Positions 35,680-49,602 of a DNA stretch of 64,000 bases are shown here, one piece after another; position 1 is the first letter of the stretch, and each line of letters opens with the position of its first letter. Source of the DNA: Octopus vulgaris. Lineage: Eukaryota. The notes below the pieces were generated by a model. That model saw nothing but the letters and a program-made list of their open reading frames with translations. It did no database searches and was not told where the DNA came from. The DNA is taken from contig OX597820.1 in NCBI GenBank assembly GCA_951406725.2, positions 18,290,001 through 18,354,000 of the forward strand. The letters run 5' to 3'. Both the position numbers and the translations under genes were made by a program.

Positions 35680-35859
35680 TCTTCCTCTTTTGCTTCTTCT
35701 TCTTCTCCTCCTTCTTGTTTTATGCGTCTTCAGTCTTTTCCTTTTTCTCTCTCCCTTTTTCTTTTTTCTCTTCTCTTTCTTTTCTTTTTCTTCCTTCTTC
35801 CTCCTTTCATAAGTTTTCTCTTCCATCTTTTCTTTCTTTCTTCCTTCCTTTCTTCTTCT

Positions 35860-35906
<47 letters not shown>

Positions 35907-36910
35907 TTCTTCTTCTTCTTCTTCTTCTTCTTCTTCTTCTCTCCTGCCTTCTTTTTTGCTCCTCTCCTCCTTCCGTCTTTCCTCCCCTCCGCCTCTTCCA
36001 CCCCTTTTCCACTTCTTCCACCTCTTGTCCTCCTCCTTCTCCTCATGTCTTCCTGCCACCACAATGACATAACAAGTTCAACCGCATCTCATAAAAACAT
36101 ACGTATTTTTCCTTTTTATTTCCTTTCTTTTTGTTTCCCTTCCTTTCCTTTTTCCTTTTCCTTTTCCTCTTTCTCTATCAAGTTATTTACTTTTAATGTT
36201 AAAGAAATCATTATCGAACTACGAGAGGACTTTTGTTTGATGTGTGAAACATCTCAAACAATTTCATCATGAAATACGTCTCAAAAATGTTTGAAAAATT
36301 CAACTTTGTGTATTACATAATACACGAGATTGCTTTCTTCTTCTTCTTCTTCTTCTTCTTCTTCTTCTTCTACTTCTACTTCTTTTTCCTCTTCTTCTTC
36401 TTCTTCTTCTTCTTTTTCCTCCTCCTCCTCTTCTTCTTCCCCTTCTATCTTCTTCTAATCTTCTCTTCCTCCTCCTCCTCCTCTTCTTCTTCCCCTTCTA
36501 TCTTCTTCTAATCTTCTCTTCCTCCTCCTCCTCCTTTTCTTCTTCTTCTTCCTCTTCTTCTTCTTTTTCCTCCTCTTCTTCCTCCTCTTCTTCTTCCCCT
36601 TCTATCGTCTCCTCCTCCTCTTCTTCTTCTTCTTCTTCCCCTTCTATCGTCTCCTCCTCCTCTTCTTCTTCTTCTTCTTCCCCTTCTATCGTCTCCTCCT
36701 CCTCCTCCTCTTCTTCTTCTTCCCTTTCTATCGTCTCCTCCTCCTCCTTTTCTTCTTCTTCTTTTTCTTCTTCTTCTTCTTCTTTTTCTTCTTCTTCTTC
36801 TTCTTCTTCTTCTTCCCCTTCTATCGTCTTCTTCTTCTTCTTCTCCTCCTCCTCCTCCTCCTCCTTTTCTTCTTCTTCTTCTTCTTCTTCTTCTTCTCCT
36901 TCTTCTTCTT
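35680..36910. repeat. (TTC)n/(TCC)n polypyrimidine microsatellite blocks
   Basis: Directly visible; includes a ~39-nt higher-order unit marked by CCCCTTCTATCGTCT. Confidence 0.93.
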
Positions 36911-37129
36911 CGATGATCTTGACTTTTCATCCAATTGATCTTCAAATCTTTCATTCAATTCTTCTCAATAATCAGAACCATTTCAAATCTACTTCTTCCT
37001 CTTCTGTCACCTTCGCCATCTTTGCCGTTTCTCCCCACCCACTTCCCAGCATCATGACAACCCTCCCCACCACCTGCTGACAACAGCATCAATATCACTG
37101 TTATTGCTTCTGCTGCTAAGTGCCACAGA

Positions 37130-37231
37130 CATCATCATCATCATCATGATTCATCATCATCATTGTATCATCATCATCATCATCATCATCATCACCTTCA
37201 TCATTACCATTGTCATCATCATCATCGTTGC

Positions 37232-37278
<47 letters not shown>

Positions 37279-38392
37279 CCACCACCACCACCACCACCAC
37301 CACCACCACCATCATCATCATCATTGCCATCATCATCGTCATCATCGGCGTCATTGTCATCGTCATCGTCATCATCATCATTATCATCATTAGATTGCCA
37401 ACACCATCACCATTTTGACAATCACTACTGATGTCACACTCGCCACCACCACAACCACACCACCATCTCCATCATCAATGCCACCAGCACCACCATTATC
37501 ACTACTCCCACAATCAATACCGGCTACATCACCACCACCACCACCACCACCAACCACTACCACTACCATCTTCATTACCACTACAACCATCCCCACAACC
37601 ACCACTGCTACCATTTCCATATCACCACCATCATGACCACCAAACCATCACCCACCACCACCACCACCACCACCATAACCACCACCACCATCACCGTCAC
37701 CACTACCACCACCATCACCACCACCACCTCTACCATCTCCATCAACATCATTGCCCCCACCACCCACCACCACCACCACCATAACCACCACCACCATCAC
37801 CGTCACCACTACCACCACACCACCACCACCACCTCCACCATCCAACATCATTGCCACCACCACTACTACCACCACCACTATTACCACCACCACTACTACC
37901 ACCACCACTACTACCACCACCACTACCACCACCACCACTACCTCCACCACCACTTTCACCACCACCACCACCACCACCACCAACTCATCCACATCTGCCA
38001 CCACCACCACCACCACCACCACCACCACCTCTACCATCACCACCACCACCACCACCACCTCCTCTACCATCTTTATCAACATCATTGCCACCACCACTAC
38101 TACCACCACTACTACTACCTCCACCGCCACTTTCACTAGCACCACTATCCCCATCACCACCAACTCATCCACATCTGCCACCACCACTACCACCACCACT
38201 ACCACCACCACCTCTACCATCACCACCACCACCACCACCACCTCCTCTACCATCTTTATCAACATCATTGCCACCACCACTACTACCACCACTACTACCA
38301 CCTCCACCGCCACTTTCACCACCACCACTATCCCCATCACCACCAACCCATCCGCATCTGCCACCACCACCCACCACCACCACCACCGTCGC
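37130..38392. repeat. (CAT)n/(CAC)n/(TAC)n compound microsatellite with a ~180-nt higher-order duplication
   Basis: Landmark CAACTCATCCACATCTGCC at 37981 and 38161, with a variant at about 38344. Confidence 0.93.
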
Positions 38393-38721
38393 CATACAGT
38401 AATCACTGCAACCACTTCGACCATTCCAAGCTATTAAGGTTTCTTTATGTCTCAAATAAACATTTATTTAGTGCCAGCAACAACTAAAATTTTCATTTGA
38501 TGAGGGTTGAAGGGCAGGGTTGGAAGTGCGTTGTTTTTTTTTGTTCCTTGTTGTTATTTTTTATTTTACTTCTTTTGCTATTTGGGCTTTTTGTGTGTGT
38601 GTGTGTCTTTGTTTTTTTGTTTTTTAATACAAGTATGCAGAAAAAGTTGTTTTATTTGAAATTTTCAGGATTCTGTGGGAAATTATGTGACAAAAGAAAT
38701 TTAAGTTTACTTGAAGGGAAA

Positions 38722-39560
<839 letters not shown>

Positions 39561-40499
39561 AGACAAATCCGATTGAACCAAACAAGGAAATGGTAAGGAA
39601 AAGAATCATCATATGTTTTTTTTTTTGTTTTGTTGGTTTTCTCTGGCATATTTGGTAGATTGTGAGGCTGGTGTTTAAGTAAATCCCCTTTGTCCCTACC
39701 CTGGGGGAAGCATTTCAGTCCTGTGCTCTTCAGTTTTTATTCCTTCTTCCTTTCTTTTTTTTAGCAGTTTTGTTTCAGTTCCTCCTCCTCCCCCTCCTCC
39801 TCCTCCCCCTTCTTCTTCTTCTTCTTTCTTTCTTTCTTTCATTCATTCATTCATTCTTCTTCTTCTTTTTCTTCTTCTTCATCATCAACTTCTCCTTCTT
39901 GCTCTTTTCTTCTTTCCTCATCTTCCCTTCTTTCTCTTCCTCCTTCTCCTCCTTCATCATCTTCCCTTCTTTCTCCTCCTCCTCCTTCTCTTCTTCTTCT
40001 TCTTCTTTTTCTTCTTCATCATCATCATCATTTTTTCTCCACCTTCTCCTCCTTCCTCATCTTTCCTTCTTCCTCATTCTCCTCCTTCCCCTCTTCTCCC
40101 CACCTCCTCCCTCTCCTTCGCTACATCTTCCTCGCCACCTTCCCCATCCTCCTCCTTTTCCTCTCCTCCTCTTTCTCGTCCCCTCCTCCTCCCCCAACTG
40201 TCTCTCTCTCTCTTCCTCTTCTCCCCCCACCCAATTGTCATAACTAAGCTTGTGATATGCTTACACATGTAAGTTTTCTTTCTTAATCATTTTTCTTTTA
40301 CCTTTAAATACACACAAACTCGTTAACTCTCTTAATTGAGACAGTTGACACCTCTCACTTGCCATCTTCTTTTCATCTCCTTCCAATGCAAAAAAGATTT
40401 AACCCTTTAATATCCACATTATTCCATCAAATGTATTTCATATTCATTATTTACATTATTTACATTTCATGGACATTTGTCCTCATCTTGTTTGTTGTT

Positions 40500-40545
40500 A
40501 ACACAACGTTTCGGCTGATATACCCTCCAGCCTTCATCAGGTGTC
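40500..40545 (-). ncRNA. Minimal type I hammerhead ribozyme motif
   Basis: Exact reverse complement of 40763-40808. Confidence 0.72.
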
Positions 40546-40597
40546 TTGGGAAAATTTCGAACCTGGGTTCTCATTCTTAAGGTATTTTTTGATGTTG

Positions 40598-40657
<60 letters not shown>

Positions 40658-40757
40658 GGAGACCCCTTCGGTCATGAATGACCATTGGACTGCACCTAGA
40701 AAGTTACCCTCCCAGGCACAAGTCAGGGCAAGATTGTTTGTGGAAGGCTAGCAGTAC
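40658..40757 (-). mobile_element. Family-D SINE 3' end
   Basis: GAGACCCCTTCGGTCATGAATGACCAT...GCACCTAGAAAGTTACCCTCC is the reverse complement of the family-D tail. Confidence 0.78.
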
Positions 40758-40762
40758 CCCAA

Positions 40763-40808
40763 GACACCTGATGAAGGCTGGAGGGTATATCAGCCGAAAC
40801 GTTGTGTT
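40763..40808 (+). ncRNA. Minimal type I hammerhead ribozyme motif
   Basis: GACAC CTGATGA a GGCTG-gagggtatat-CAGCC GAAA C-GT T GTGTT: stem I GACAC/GTGTT, 5-bp stem II, loopless palindromic stem III (AACGTT), GUU site at 40801-40803. Confidence 0.72.
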
Positions 40809-41545
40809 AGCAACAAACAAGATGAGGACAAATATCCGTGAAATGTAAATAATATAAATAATGTAAATAATGTATATAATTCTTCATCTCTTAAATATAG
40901 AACTGTATTAAAAAGGTTGCAAGTCACAATGAAAGTTTTAGTAAAAAATAATAAGTAAATGAGTGGAAATTAGACCAGTGAGTGTGTTAAATTTATAAAG
41001 CACTAAAAGAGAATGACTTTCCCCAGACACAATAAAATGTAATATTCTTGTTGCCACTATTGTGTTGTGGCGGTATTCCACATCTTATTATCTTTGACTT
41101 TGTCTATCTTGCTAATGCTGATAGCTCTGCAAGACAATGTCTGTGAAATGTCTACCTTGATGGTAGCCCAAACTCATATATATCACATAACTGTCGGTGG
41201 CTCCAACTGAGAAACTCATACAACGAATCTACCACTACTGACTGACCGACTTCGACCTCCTACAATGGCTGAACTGCCTGGCTTTATAGTGGCTGGTTCA
41301 TACCACTTGTCACGTGGGAAGGGGCGTACCATTTCACTTGAACACTCTTCAGCCTACAGATTGTTGTGTCAAATGTAATGCTTATTTATCCGCATTGTTT
41401 TGAATTAATCATGCATTATCTTGGTAACCTCTCACACCTACCCTATCATCAAAATCTCAAGGCTAAGGGATAATGCAAGACTAATTGAAACCAATGTGGT
41501 TAAATCTCCTAATGTAATAATGAGTATGGGCTTTTTTTATATATT

Positions 41546-41584
<39 letters not shown>

Positions 41585-41586
<2 letters not shown>

Positions 41587-42090
41587 AAACAAATCAAAAT
41601 AGATGAACATCAATGGAATTTGTATCTTTGTGGTACCAGTGCCGGTGGCACGTAGCACACAAGAAAACCATCCGAACGTGGCCGTAGCCAGTACCGCATC
41701 GACTGGCCTCCGTGCTGTGGGCACGTAACAAGCACCATCCGATCGTGGCCGTTTGCCAGCCTCATCTGGCACCTGTGTCGGTGGCACATAAAAACACCAT
41801 CCGAGCGTGGCCGTCTGCCAGCCTCGTCTGGCACCTGTGTCGGTGGCACATAAAAAACACCATCCGAGCGTGGCCGTTTGCCAGCCTCGTCTGGCACCTG
41901 TGTCGGTGGCACATAAAATCACCCACTACACTCTCGGAGTGGTTGGCGTTAGGAAGGGCATCCAGCTGTAGAAACACTGTCAGATCTGACTAGACTGGTG
42001 CAGCTTTCGGGCTCCCCAGACCCCAGTTGAACCGTCCAACCCATGCTAGCATGGAGAGCGGACGTTAAATGATGATGATGATGATGATGA
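41585..42090 (+). mobile_element. Family-E element with a homogeneous ~61-nt tandem array
   Basis: Three near-identical units CACCATCCGAGCGTGGCCGTTTGCCAGCCTCGTCTGGCACCTGTGTCGGTGGCACATAAAA at about 41733-41918, plus degenerate units; (GAT)n tail. Confidence 0.85.
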
Positions 42091-42887
42091 TATATTAATA
42101 AATAAAATAAAACATATGCATATATATATAAACATATATGTACGTACCTACCTCTACATGTACATATACATGCATATATGAGTACAGGACACCAAAAGGA
42201 CATCGAACACAATGAGAAACGAAAACATAGACACAGACCAAAGGAACTGGACATTTTTTTTAAACAACAAAAAAAAGAGTACAAGACAATTAACACAAAG
42301 AAAAAACCCCTTCTTCAGTCGCTATGGTTTCATCTACTCTACGTTTCGAAGGATATATATATATATATATATATAGGGAGAATTCACAAAAAAATGAAAG
42401 ACGAAGACAGGTGGTGTAGACAACAAATAGATGTATTAGTATAACGCTCGAGTAATGAAAAAGTCCTTAATGTTTCAAGTAAAAAATTCGGTACCCTATA
42501 TATTTTAGGTATATGATTTTAGTATTTTTAGAAGATTAGTTCGGCATTTTTTCCTTAACTGCCGACTGAAACTGCGCTTGCACAGTGAATTCGAAAAATT
42601 ATAATATATAATGATGAGACATGTGTTATTTGGTCTCTAAATTATATGTTAATGTTTTGGTGTGGTCACTGATGGCAATTTTGCCTAGAAAATTATTTTA
42701 TTTGCTAAATAAAATTCTAAATCTAGGTATGACTAAAAAAATAACAAGGTAAAAGTTGTTATTTTTCATTCCCTTCGAAATTGCTCTTAAATGTGGCTTT
42801 GGTCGTTTTGACTGCTTCTTCTAGCATGTGAAGCTGCTTGTTAAAGGTAGTTTTTCATGTGTTTAAATGTACACTATTTTATATCAA

Positions 42888-42926
<39 letters not shown>

Positions 42927-42927
42927 T

Positions 42928-43082
42928 ATAAGAGGGAACTTTACCACTATGTGGAAACCCTTATGCTAGAAGAAGATCTGGTGTTTGTTAAATTTTCGAG
43001 AGGACAATTCTTAGTGGTTAAGACCATAGCGGATCTTCTTCTAGCATAAGGGTTTCTACATAGTGGTAAAATTCCCTCTTAT
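42928..43082. repeat. Inverted repeat, 51-bp arms with a 53-nt spacer, between two (AT)n tracts
   Basis: ATAAGAGGGAACTTTACCACTATGTGGAAACCCTTATGCTAGAAGAAGATC (42928-42978) versus its reverse complement at 43032-43082, with 2 mismatches. Confidence 0.92.
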
Positions 43083-43194
43083 TTTTATATATGTAATACT
43101 ATTTACTGAACCTCAGTTTTTTTTTATATGCCTGACTACTGGTGTTAAAACTGATGTTATCAAATTAATATCAAAATTTTCACCCTCATTTTAA

Positions 43195-43253
<59 letters not shown>

Positions 43254-43923
43254 CCAAAATCACACAGTAGGAGGACTGGAGGACTGAACTTGAAACCAAG
43301 TGGTTTACCACACAGCTACATCTGTGCCTATAACCACACCTCCACCTATGCATATCTCAATGTGTAACACTTATGATTCCATCTACTATAAGTTCTGCTT
43401 CATAATGAATTAAATGCAGCATCATAAAGGCTGCTATTTCTAGCATATCAGAGAGTGCATCCCAAGCATATCTTGTGGTATATTTGTATATGTTTGCCTT
43501 CTCTGGTTAAGCTAATTTTAAGGGAGCTTTTATATTGTTGTGAGTGTATTAAACAGGTAATAATGGCTATACAGGAACATCCCTCAATTACTGCTGGCAG
43601 TACATGTTGCAACAAAAAAACACAAAACGCTGCAGCACTTGAATATATAATGAAGGTTAAAAACTGCTGATCGATGTCTAGACTTTCGGAAAAAAAAAAA
43701 AAGAAAAAAAAAACTAAATTATTAATTTTTCAAAAAATACCTTATGGTAAAAAAAAAGCTAAAAAAAAAAAAGAAAAAATAATTTATGGAAAAAAAATTG
43801 ATATAAATAAAAAAGGGAAATAAAATAAAAATGAAACGAAATAAAAATTCAATGCGATTTTGTTATATGAGTTTATTACCACAAATCAGCATATTCGAAT
43901 TATAATGATGATGAAGATAATGC

Positions 43924-43952
43924 TAGTAGTAGCAGTAGTAGTAGTAGTGGTG

Positions 43953-44001
<49 letters not shown>

Positions 44002-44036
44002 TGGTAGTAGTAGTAGTGGTAGTGGTGGTGGTTGTG

Positions 44037-44067
<31 letters not shown>

Positions 44068-44381
44068 TGGTAGTGGTTGTGGTGGTGATGGTGGTGTTAG
44101 TAGTAGTAGTAGTGGTAGTGGTGGTGGTGGTGGTAGTAGTAGTAGTAGTAGTGGTAGTGGTGGTGGTGGTGTGGTGGTGATGGTGGTGTTAGTAGTAGTA
44201 GTAGTGGTAGTGGTGGTGGTGGTGGTGGTGGTAGTAGTAGTATTAATAGTTGTAGTTGTAGTAGTAGTAGCACTAGTAATAGTAGTAGCAGCAGCAGTAG
44301 CAGTGGTAGTAGCAGTAGTAGTAGTAATAGTAGTAGTAGAAGCAGCAGCAGTAGCAGCAGCAGTAGCAGCAGCAGTAGCAA

Positions 44382-44428
<47 letters not shown>
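43924..44428. repeat. (GTA)n/(GTG)n/(GCA)n microsatellite
   Basis: Directly visible. Confidence 0.93.
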
Positions 44429-44449
44429 AGAACAACAATAACAATCACA

Positions 44450-44765
44450 AACCTTTCTACTATCAGCTCAAGGCCTGAAGTCTAGGGACACTAGCGTAGC
44501 TGGGGTGAGGTGGGGTGGGGGTCCGTGTCTCCGATGCCACTTTTAAAGTGGCACCACTTTTGGGTCTGCTGTAGGCAGTATGCATTTTTTTGTGGGGTCC
44601 AGGAGCGTCAAACAGAAGGGCCACCCCGGGTAGCACACACTCTTGTGGGGAAGGGGATGAAAGGCAAAGTCGACCTCAGCAGAATTTGAGCTCAGAATGT
44701 AGCGACAGGTGAAATACCGCTAAGCATTTTACCTGGTGTGCTAACGATTCTGCCAGCTCGCTGCC
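44450..44765 (-). mobile_element. Family-A SINE interrupted by an unrelated ~155-nt GC-rich insert (about 44490-44645)
   Basis: Tail CCTTTCTAC..AAGGCCTGAA at 44452 and head GGATGAAAGGCAAAGTCGACC...GCCAGCTCGCTGCC at 44655-44765. Confidence 0.72.
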
Positions 44766-44792
44766 TGAACGGTAATCATAATGATAAAGAGT

Positions 44793-45345
44793 AATGATGA
44801 TGTTGATGATGTTAAATGATGATGACGACAATAATGATGATGACAATGGTGATGATGATAATGATGTCGATGACGACAATGATGATGATGATGACAATGT
44901 TGATGACAATAATGATGATGATGACAACGATGATGATGACAATGATGATGATAACAATGATGATGATGACAATGATGATGATGATGATGTCTATGATGAC
45001 GATGATGATGACAATGGTGATGACAATAAAGATGATGATAATTATGATGATGACAATGGTGATGATGATAATGATGTCAATGATGATGATGACGATGATG
45101 ATGACAATGTTGATGACAATAATGATGATGATAATGATGATGATGCTGATGATGATAACGACGATGTTGATGACAATAAGGATGATGATGATGATGATGA
45201 AAAAGATGATGATGATAATGATGTCGATGATGATGATGACGATGATGACCATGTTGATGACAATAATGATGATGATGATAATGAGGATAATGATGATGAT
45301 GACAATGGTGATGATGACAATGATGATGATGATGATCATCATCAT
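44793..45345. repeat. (GAT/GAC/AAT)n microsatellite
   Basis: Directly visible; source of the poly-D and poly-M ORFs. Confidence 0.93.
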
Positions 45346-45683
45346 CCTGGTACTGATGAATTGTAAACGGGTTGTTTCAATATTACTTTCTTCTTTTTTG
45401 TTTGTTTGTTTCTTTGTTGTGTATGGCCTCAGAGAACTGTATATTTTTCCACCTCGTCTCCTGGCTTGGCTTGTTTCCCTCTCTTTGCATTCAGATTAGG
45501 ATCCATGTCTTGTTCTGTTTCCTACTTTTTTTTTTTGTTTATGATCTGTTTTTTTTTTCATGAGGATTTTTTACTCTTCTTTTATTTATAGCATCTCAGA
45601 TTCTCTTCTTTTGCTGCAGCCATCACCACCACCACCACCAACACCACCATCACCATATCACATCCAGCCTCATCATTCTGATT

Positions 45684-45878
45684 GTCAGCATGCCAGGCAA
45701 AATGCTTAGCGGCATTTCGTCCGACTTCGTGTACTGAGTTCAAATCCTGCTGATGTCTACTTGGCCTTTCATACTTTAAGAGGTTTGTAAAATAAGTACC
45801 AGTTGAACACTGGGGTCAATGTAATCAACTTATCCCCTGCCTCAGAATTGCTGTCCTTGAGCCAAAATTTGAAATCAG
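45684..45878 (+). mobile_element. Family-A SINE (5' end trimmed)
   Basis: AAAATGCTTAGCGGCATTTCG..GAGTTCAAATCC..AAAATAAGTACCAGTTGAACACTGGGG. Confidence 0.78.
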
Positions 45879-46339
45879 TATTTTATTTGAGAGTAAAAAT
45901 ACAATTGTAATGTTGATATAAGTCACCAAGTACAGCTGGGTGACCCAGAACATTGATCGAAATTAATGAAATTTTAAAATCTAAATTTATAGATTTACAA
46001 TATCTTTTGGCCTTAGGACAGAGAACATTCTTCAATCCATCTTCAAATACAGAATTTTTTGTTTGTTTGTTTTTTTCAACCAACAGATTTTTCTGTTGGA
46101 TTTCCAATAAAGTGGTAAAAAATGTTTGCTGAACTCTTTCAGAGCACGTGAATTTCTCTGATCAATAGATCAACATGGGTTTTAGTATTAGAGAGAGAAG
46201 GTAAACAGAGAGAGAGAGATGAGGGAGAGAAAGAGACAAAGAAAGAGAGAAAGAAAGACAGAAACAAACAAACAAACAGCCCTAGTACTTATTGGTCTGG
46301 AGAAAACTTCTCAAGGATTATCCACTTCTCAATAATATT

Positions 46340-46965
46340 GGTTTCAAATTTTAGCACCAGGTCAATAAGTTCAGGAAAGGGGTATAGTCAATTATATCGA
46401 CCCCAATATTCAACTGGTACTTATTTTATCGATCCTGTAAGGATGAAAGGCTAAGTCAATCTCAGCAGAACATAAAGATGTATGAAATGCTGCCAGGCAT
46501 TTTACCCAGTGCAGTAATGATTCTGCCAGCTTGTTGCCTTAGTTTCAAATTTTGGCACAAGGCCAGCATGTTTGGGGAAGTGGGTAAGCCATTTACATCG
46601 ACCCCAGTGTTCAGCTGGTCCTTATTTTATCGACCCTGAAAGGATGAAAGACAAAGTCGACCTCAGCAGAGTTTGAACTCAGAGAACATAAAGATGTGTG
46701 AAAAGCGGCCAAGGATTTGCCTGGCATGCATGCTAATGATTCTGCCAACTTGCTGCTTTAGTTTCAAATTTTGGCACAAGGCCAGCATGTTTGGGGAAGT
46801 GGGTAAGTCGATTATATCAACCCCAGTACTCAACTGGTATTTATTTTATTGACCCTGAAAGGATGAAAAACAAAGTCGACCTCAGCAAAATTTAAACTCA
46901 GAATGTAAGGACGGATGAAGTGCCACAGAGCGTTTTGCCCAATGTGCTAAATATTCAGCCAGCTT
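46340..46965 (-). mobile_element. Three tandem family-A SINE copies
   Basis: Unit starting GTTTCAAATTTTGGCACAAGG at about 46341, 46542 and 46761. Confidence 0.83.
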
Positions 46966-46989
46966 CCCTTCTCACCACTTATTAATAAT

Positions 46990-47320
46990 CATCATCATCA
47001 TCGTCATCATCGTCATCATCATTATCATCATCATCTTTTAACGTCCACTCTCCATGCTGGTATGGGTTAGATGGTTTGACTGGAGCTGATGTGCCAGAGA
47101 GCTGCACCAGGTTCCGGTCTGGTTTGGCATGATTTCTACAGCTGGATGCTCCTCCTGATGCTAACCATTCCAGGAATGTAATGGGTGCTTTTACGTTCCA
47201 CTGGCACAGGTGCCATTTACATGACACCAGAAATGACCACGACTACAATCCATTTACACAGCACCATCAACGACCATAACTATGATTCACGGGTGGATGC
47301 TTTTTACATGACACTGGCAG
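46990..47320 (-). mobile_element. Family-E 3' fragment
   Basis: (CAT)n, TTTAACGTCCACTCTCCATGCTGG, CTACAGCTGGATGC, GGGTGCTTTTACG. Confidence 0.75.
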
Positions 47321-47377
47321 AACTTCTGGACCAACGTAATTCATCGAAGATTGGGAGGAGAACCACTTTGCACACCA

Positions 47378-47830
47378 GAATCCTTTCTATTAGCGACACA
47401 AGGCCTGAAGTTTTGGGGGAGGGGACTAGTCAATTACAATGACCCCAGAATTTCACTGGTACTTAATTTATCGACCCCCGAAAGAATGAAAGGCAAAGTC
47501 GACCTCGGCGGAATTTGAACTCAGAACGTAGTGATGAGTGAAATACCTATTTCTTTACTACCCACAAGGGGCTAAATACAGAGAGGACAAACAAGGATAG
47601 ACAAATGGATTAAGTCAATTATATCGACCCCAGTGCGTAACTGGTACTTATATAATCGACTCTGAAAGGATGAAAGGCAAAGTCAACCTCAGAGGAATTT
47701 GAACTCAGAATGTAGTGGCAGAAGAAATACCACTAAGCATTTTGCCCGGCATGCTGACGTTTCTGCCAGCTCACCGCCTTCGATGGGTGAAATACTGCTA
47801 AGCATTTATTCCGGCGCGCTAACGATTCTG
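47378..47830 (-). mobile_element. Composite of family-A SINE copies (both tail types)
   Basis: AATCCTTTCTATTAG..CACAAGGCC tail; TATTTCTTTACTACCCACAAGGGGCTAAA second tail; two heads. Confidence 0.83.
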
Positions 47831-48499
47831 AATAAAATTATGTACAAGTTTTCTCTTCTAAACATGCAGATGATGCTAACATCTACAAGAAGTGTAGCTC
47901 CCCTTGGCCTATTGATCCTGAGATCACATCCCAATTTTAAAGTTATCCTTTTGCATTTCAAGAGCAGAAAATGGTAATAAAATACTTAATAAACAAAAGA
48001 GGCTGTTTCACCAAGATGCGACCAAAACTGATGATTATATCACATTTCTATGGAACGTATTGGACATTTGATCTGCAACTGCTCAAAATTGTCATTAAGA
48101 TATTATTCCAAAGCAGCGTAATGCAGTTGCTGAAACAATATAGAATGCCAACTGGTAGGAAATACCACCTTGGGATATATATAGAAAATACATTCATTTC
48201 TATACAAAGAATTTTATTGCAACATTTCTATCAAAACTGCCATCAAAGGCAAACATAATTGTTGCTAGGATCAGCGGGAAATTACGTTCGGTTCCAAAGG
48301 TCAGTAACTCTTTTCTTTCCGACAATTTGTCCTGTCATTCTTCTTTCTGTTCTAGAATTTTCTTACTGTTTCAGTGACTTTTTGGATATTTCTGGCTGCA
48401 GACAGTATTTTTCTGTTAACTATGCACAACATAGTTTTTCAAACGTAATAATTCCAATACTGTTCCAAACCATGTCAGCATGGGAAACGGTTGTTAAAG

Positions 48500-49011
48500 G
48501 ATGATGATGATGATGATGATGATGGTGATGATGGTGATGATGATGACGATGTCGACAATGACAATGATGACAATGATGATGGAGATGATGATGATGATGG
48601 CAGTGGTGGCAGTGGTGTTTGTAATGGTGGTGTTCATGGTAGTGGTGGTGATGATATCGATGATGATGGTGGTGGTGGTGATGATGATGACGACGATGAC
48701 GATGATGACGACAATGATGATGGAGATGATAATGATGATGGTAGTAGTGGTGGCAGTGTTTGTAATGGTGGTGTTCATGTTAGTGGTGGTGATGATATCG
48801 ATGATGATGTTGGTGGTGATGATGGTGATGATGATGACGACGATGACGACGATGATGACAATGATGACGATGACAATGACGACAAAGATGATGGAGATGA
48901 TGATGATGGTAGAGGTGGCGGCAGTGTTCATAATGGTGGTGTTTATGGTAGTGGTGGTGATGATATCGATGATGATGGTGGTGGTGATGGTGATGGTGGT
49001 GGTGGTGGTGG
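48500..49011. repeat. (GAT/GGT)n microsatellite with three higher-order units
   Basis: Landmark TAATGGTGGTGTT(C/T)ATG.TAGTGGTGGTGATGATATCGATG repeated three times. Confidence 0.92.
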
Positions 49012-49306
49012 TAAACTTCTCATTCACCTTCAAATATCCTCTGGCATTCCAAGAGCCAACACTACACTATGCTATTGTATGCTTTCTTGTACATTAACCA
49101 ACCAAAAACTAAGTTCTTTCTTATTCCTACTTCACTTAGTAGCATGCTATCACTATACAACAGATCATCAGTTTCTCTTGACCTCTTTCTGCAGTCATCT
49201 TGTTTCCCTAGCAACAGGCTCTCCTTTACCAGAAAGCTTTACATTTCATCTACCATGAAGCCTATAAATTTCCAGAATAATGGTAAACATGCAATAGACC
49301 TATAAT

Positions 49307-49441
49307 CCTTTCTACTATAGGCACAAGGCCTGAAATTTGGGGGTGGGGGGATAAGTCGACTACATCGACCCCAGTACTCAGCTGGTACTTAATTTATCGA
49401 CCCTGAAAGGATGAAAGGCAAAGTCGACCTCGGTGGAATTT
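49307..49441 (-). mobile_element. 5'-truncated family-A SINE with a 14-bp TSD
   Basis: TSD AATAGACCTATAAT at 49293-49306 and 49442-49455. Confidence 0.88.
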
Positions 49442-49463
49442 AATAGACCTATAATTCCTGACT

Positions 49464-49602
49464 GTGGAGGCGCAATGGCCCAGTGGTTAGGGCAGCGGAC
49501 TCACAGTCAGAGGATTGCAGTTTTGATTCCCAGACCAGGCGTTGTGTGTGTTTATTGAGTGAAAACACCTAAAGCTCCATGAGGCTCCTGCAGGGGGTGG
49601 TG
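49464..49602 (+). mobile_element. Family-C SINE head
   Basis: GGAGGCGCAATGGCCCAGTGGTTAGGGCAG ... GATTCCCAGACC ... ACCTAAAGCTCCA. Confidence 0.82.

Noticed and set aside
37104-38455. Poly-His/Thr/Pro ORFs (mucin- or extensin-like)
   Set aside because: Translation of CAC/CAT/TAC repeats with slippage duplications.
41690-41918. Regular ~61-nt repeats with hairpins resembling a CRISPR array
   Set aside because: Units repeat along their whole length with no unique spacers; they are part of family E, and the context is eukaryotic with no cas genes.
44794-45499. Asp-rich ORF resembling acidic shell-matrix proteins
   Set aside because: GAT microsatellite with no signal peptide or unique coding flank; identical tracts occur throughout as element tails. 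The same applies to 48491-49258.
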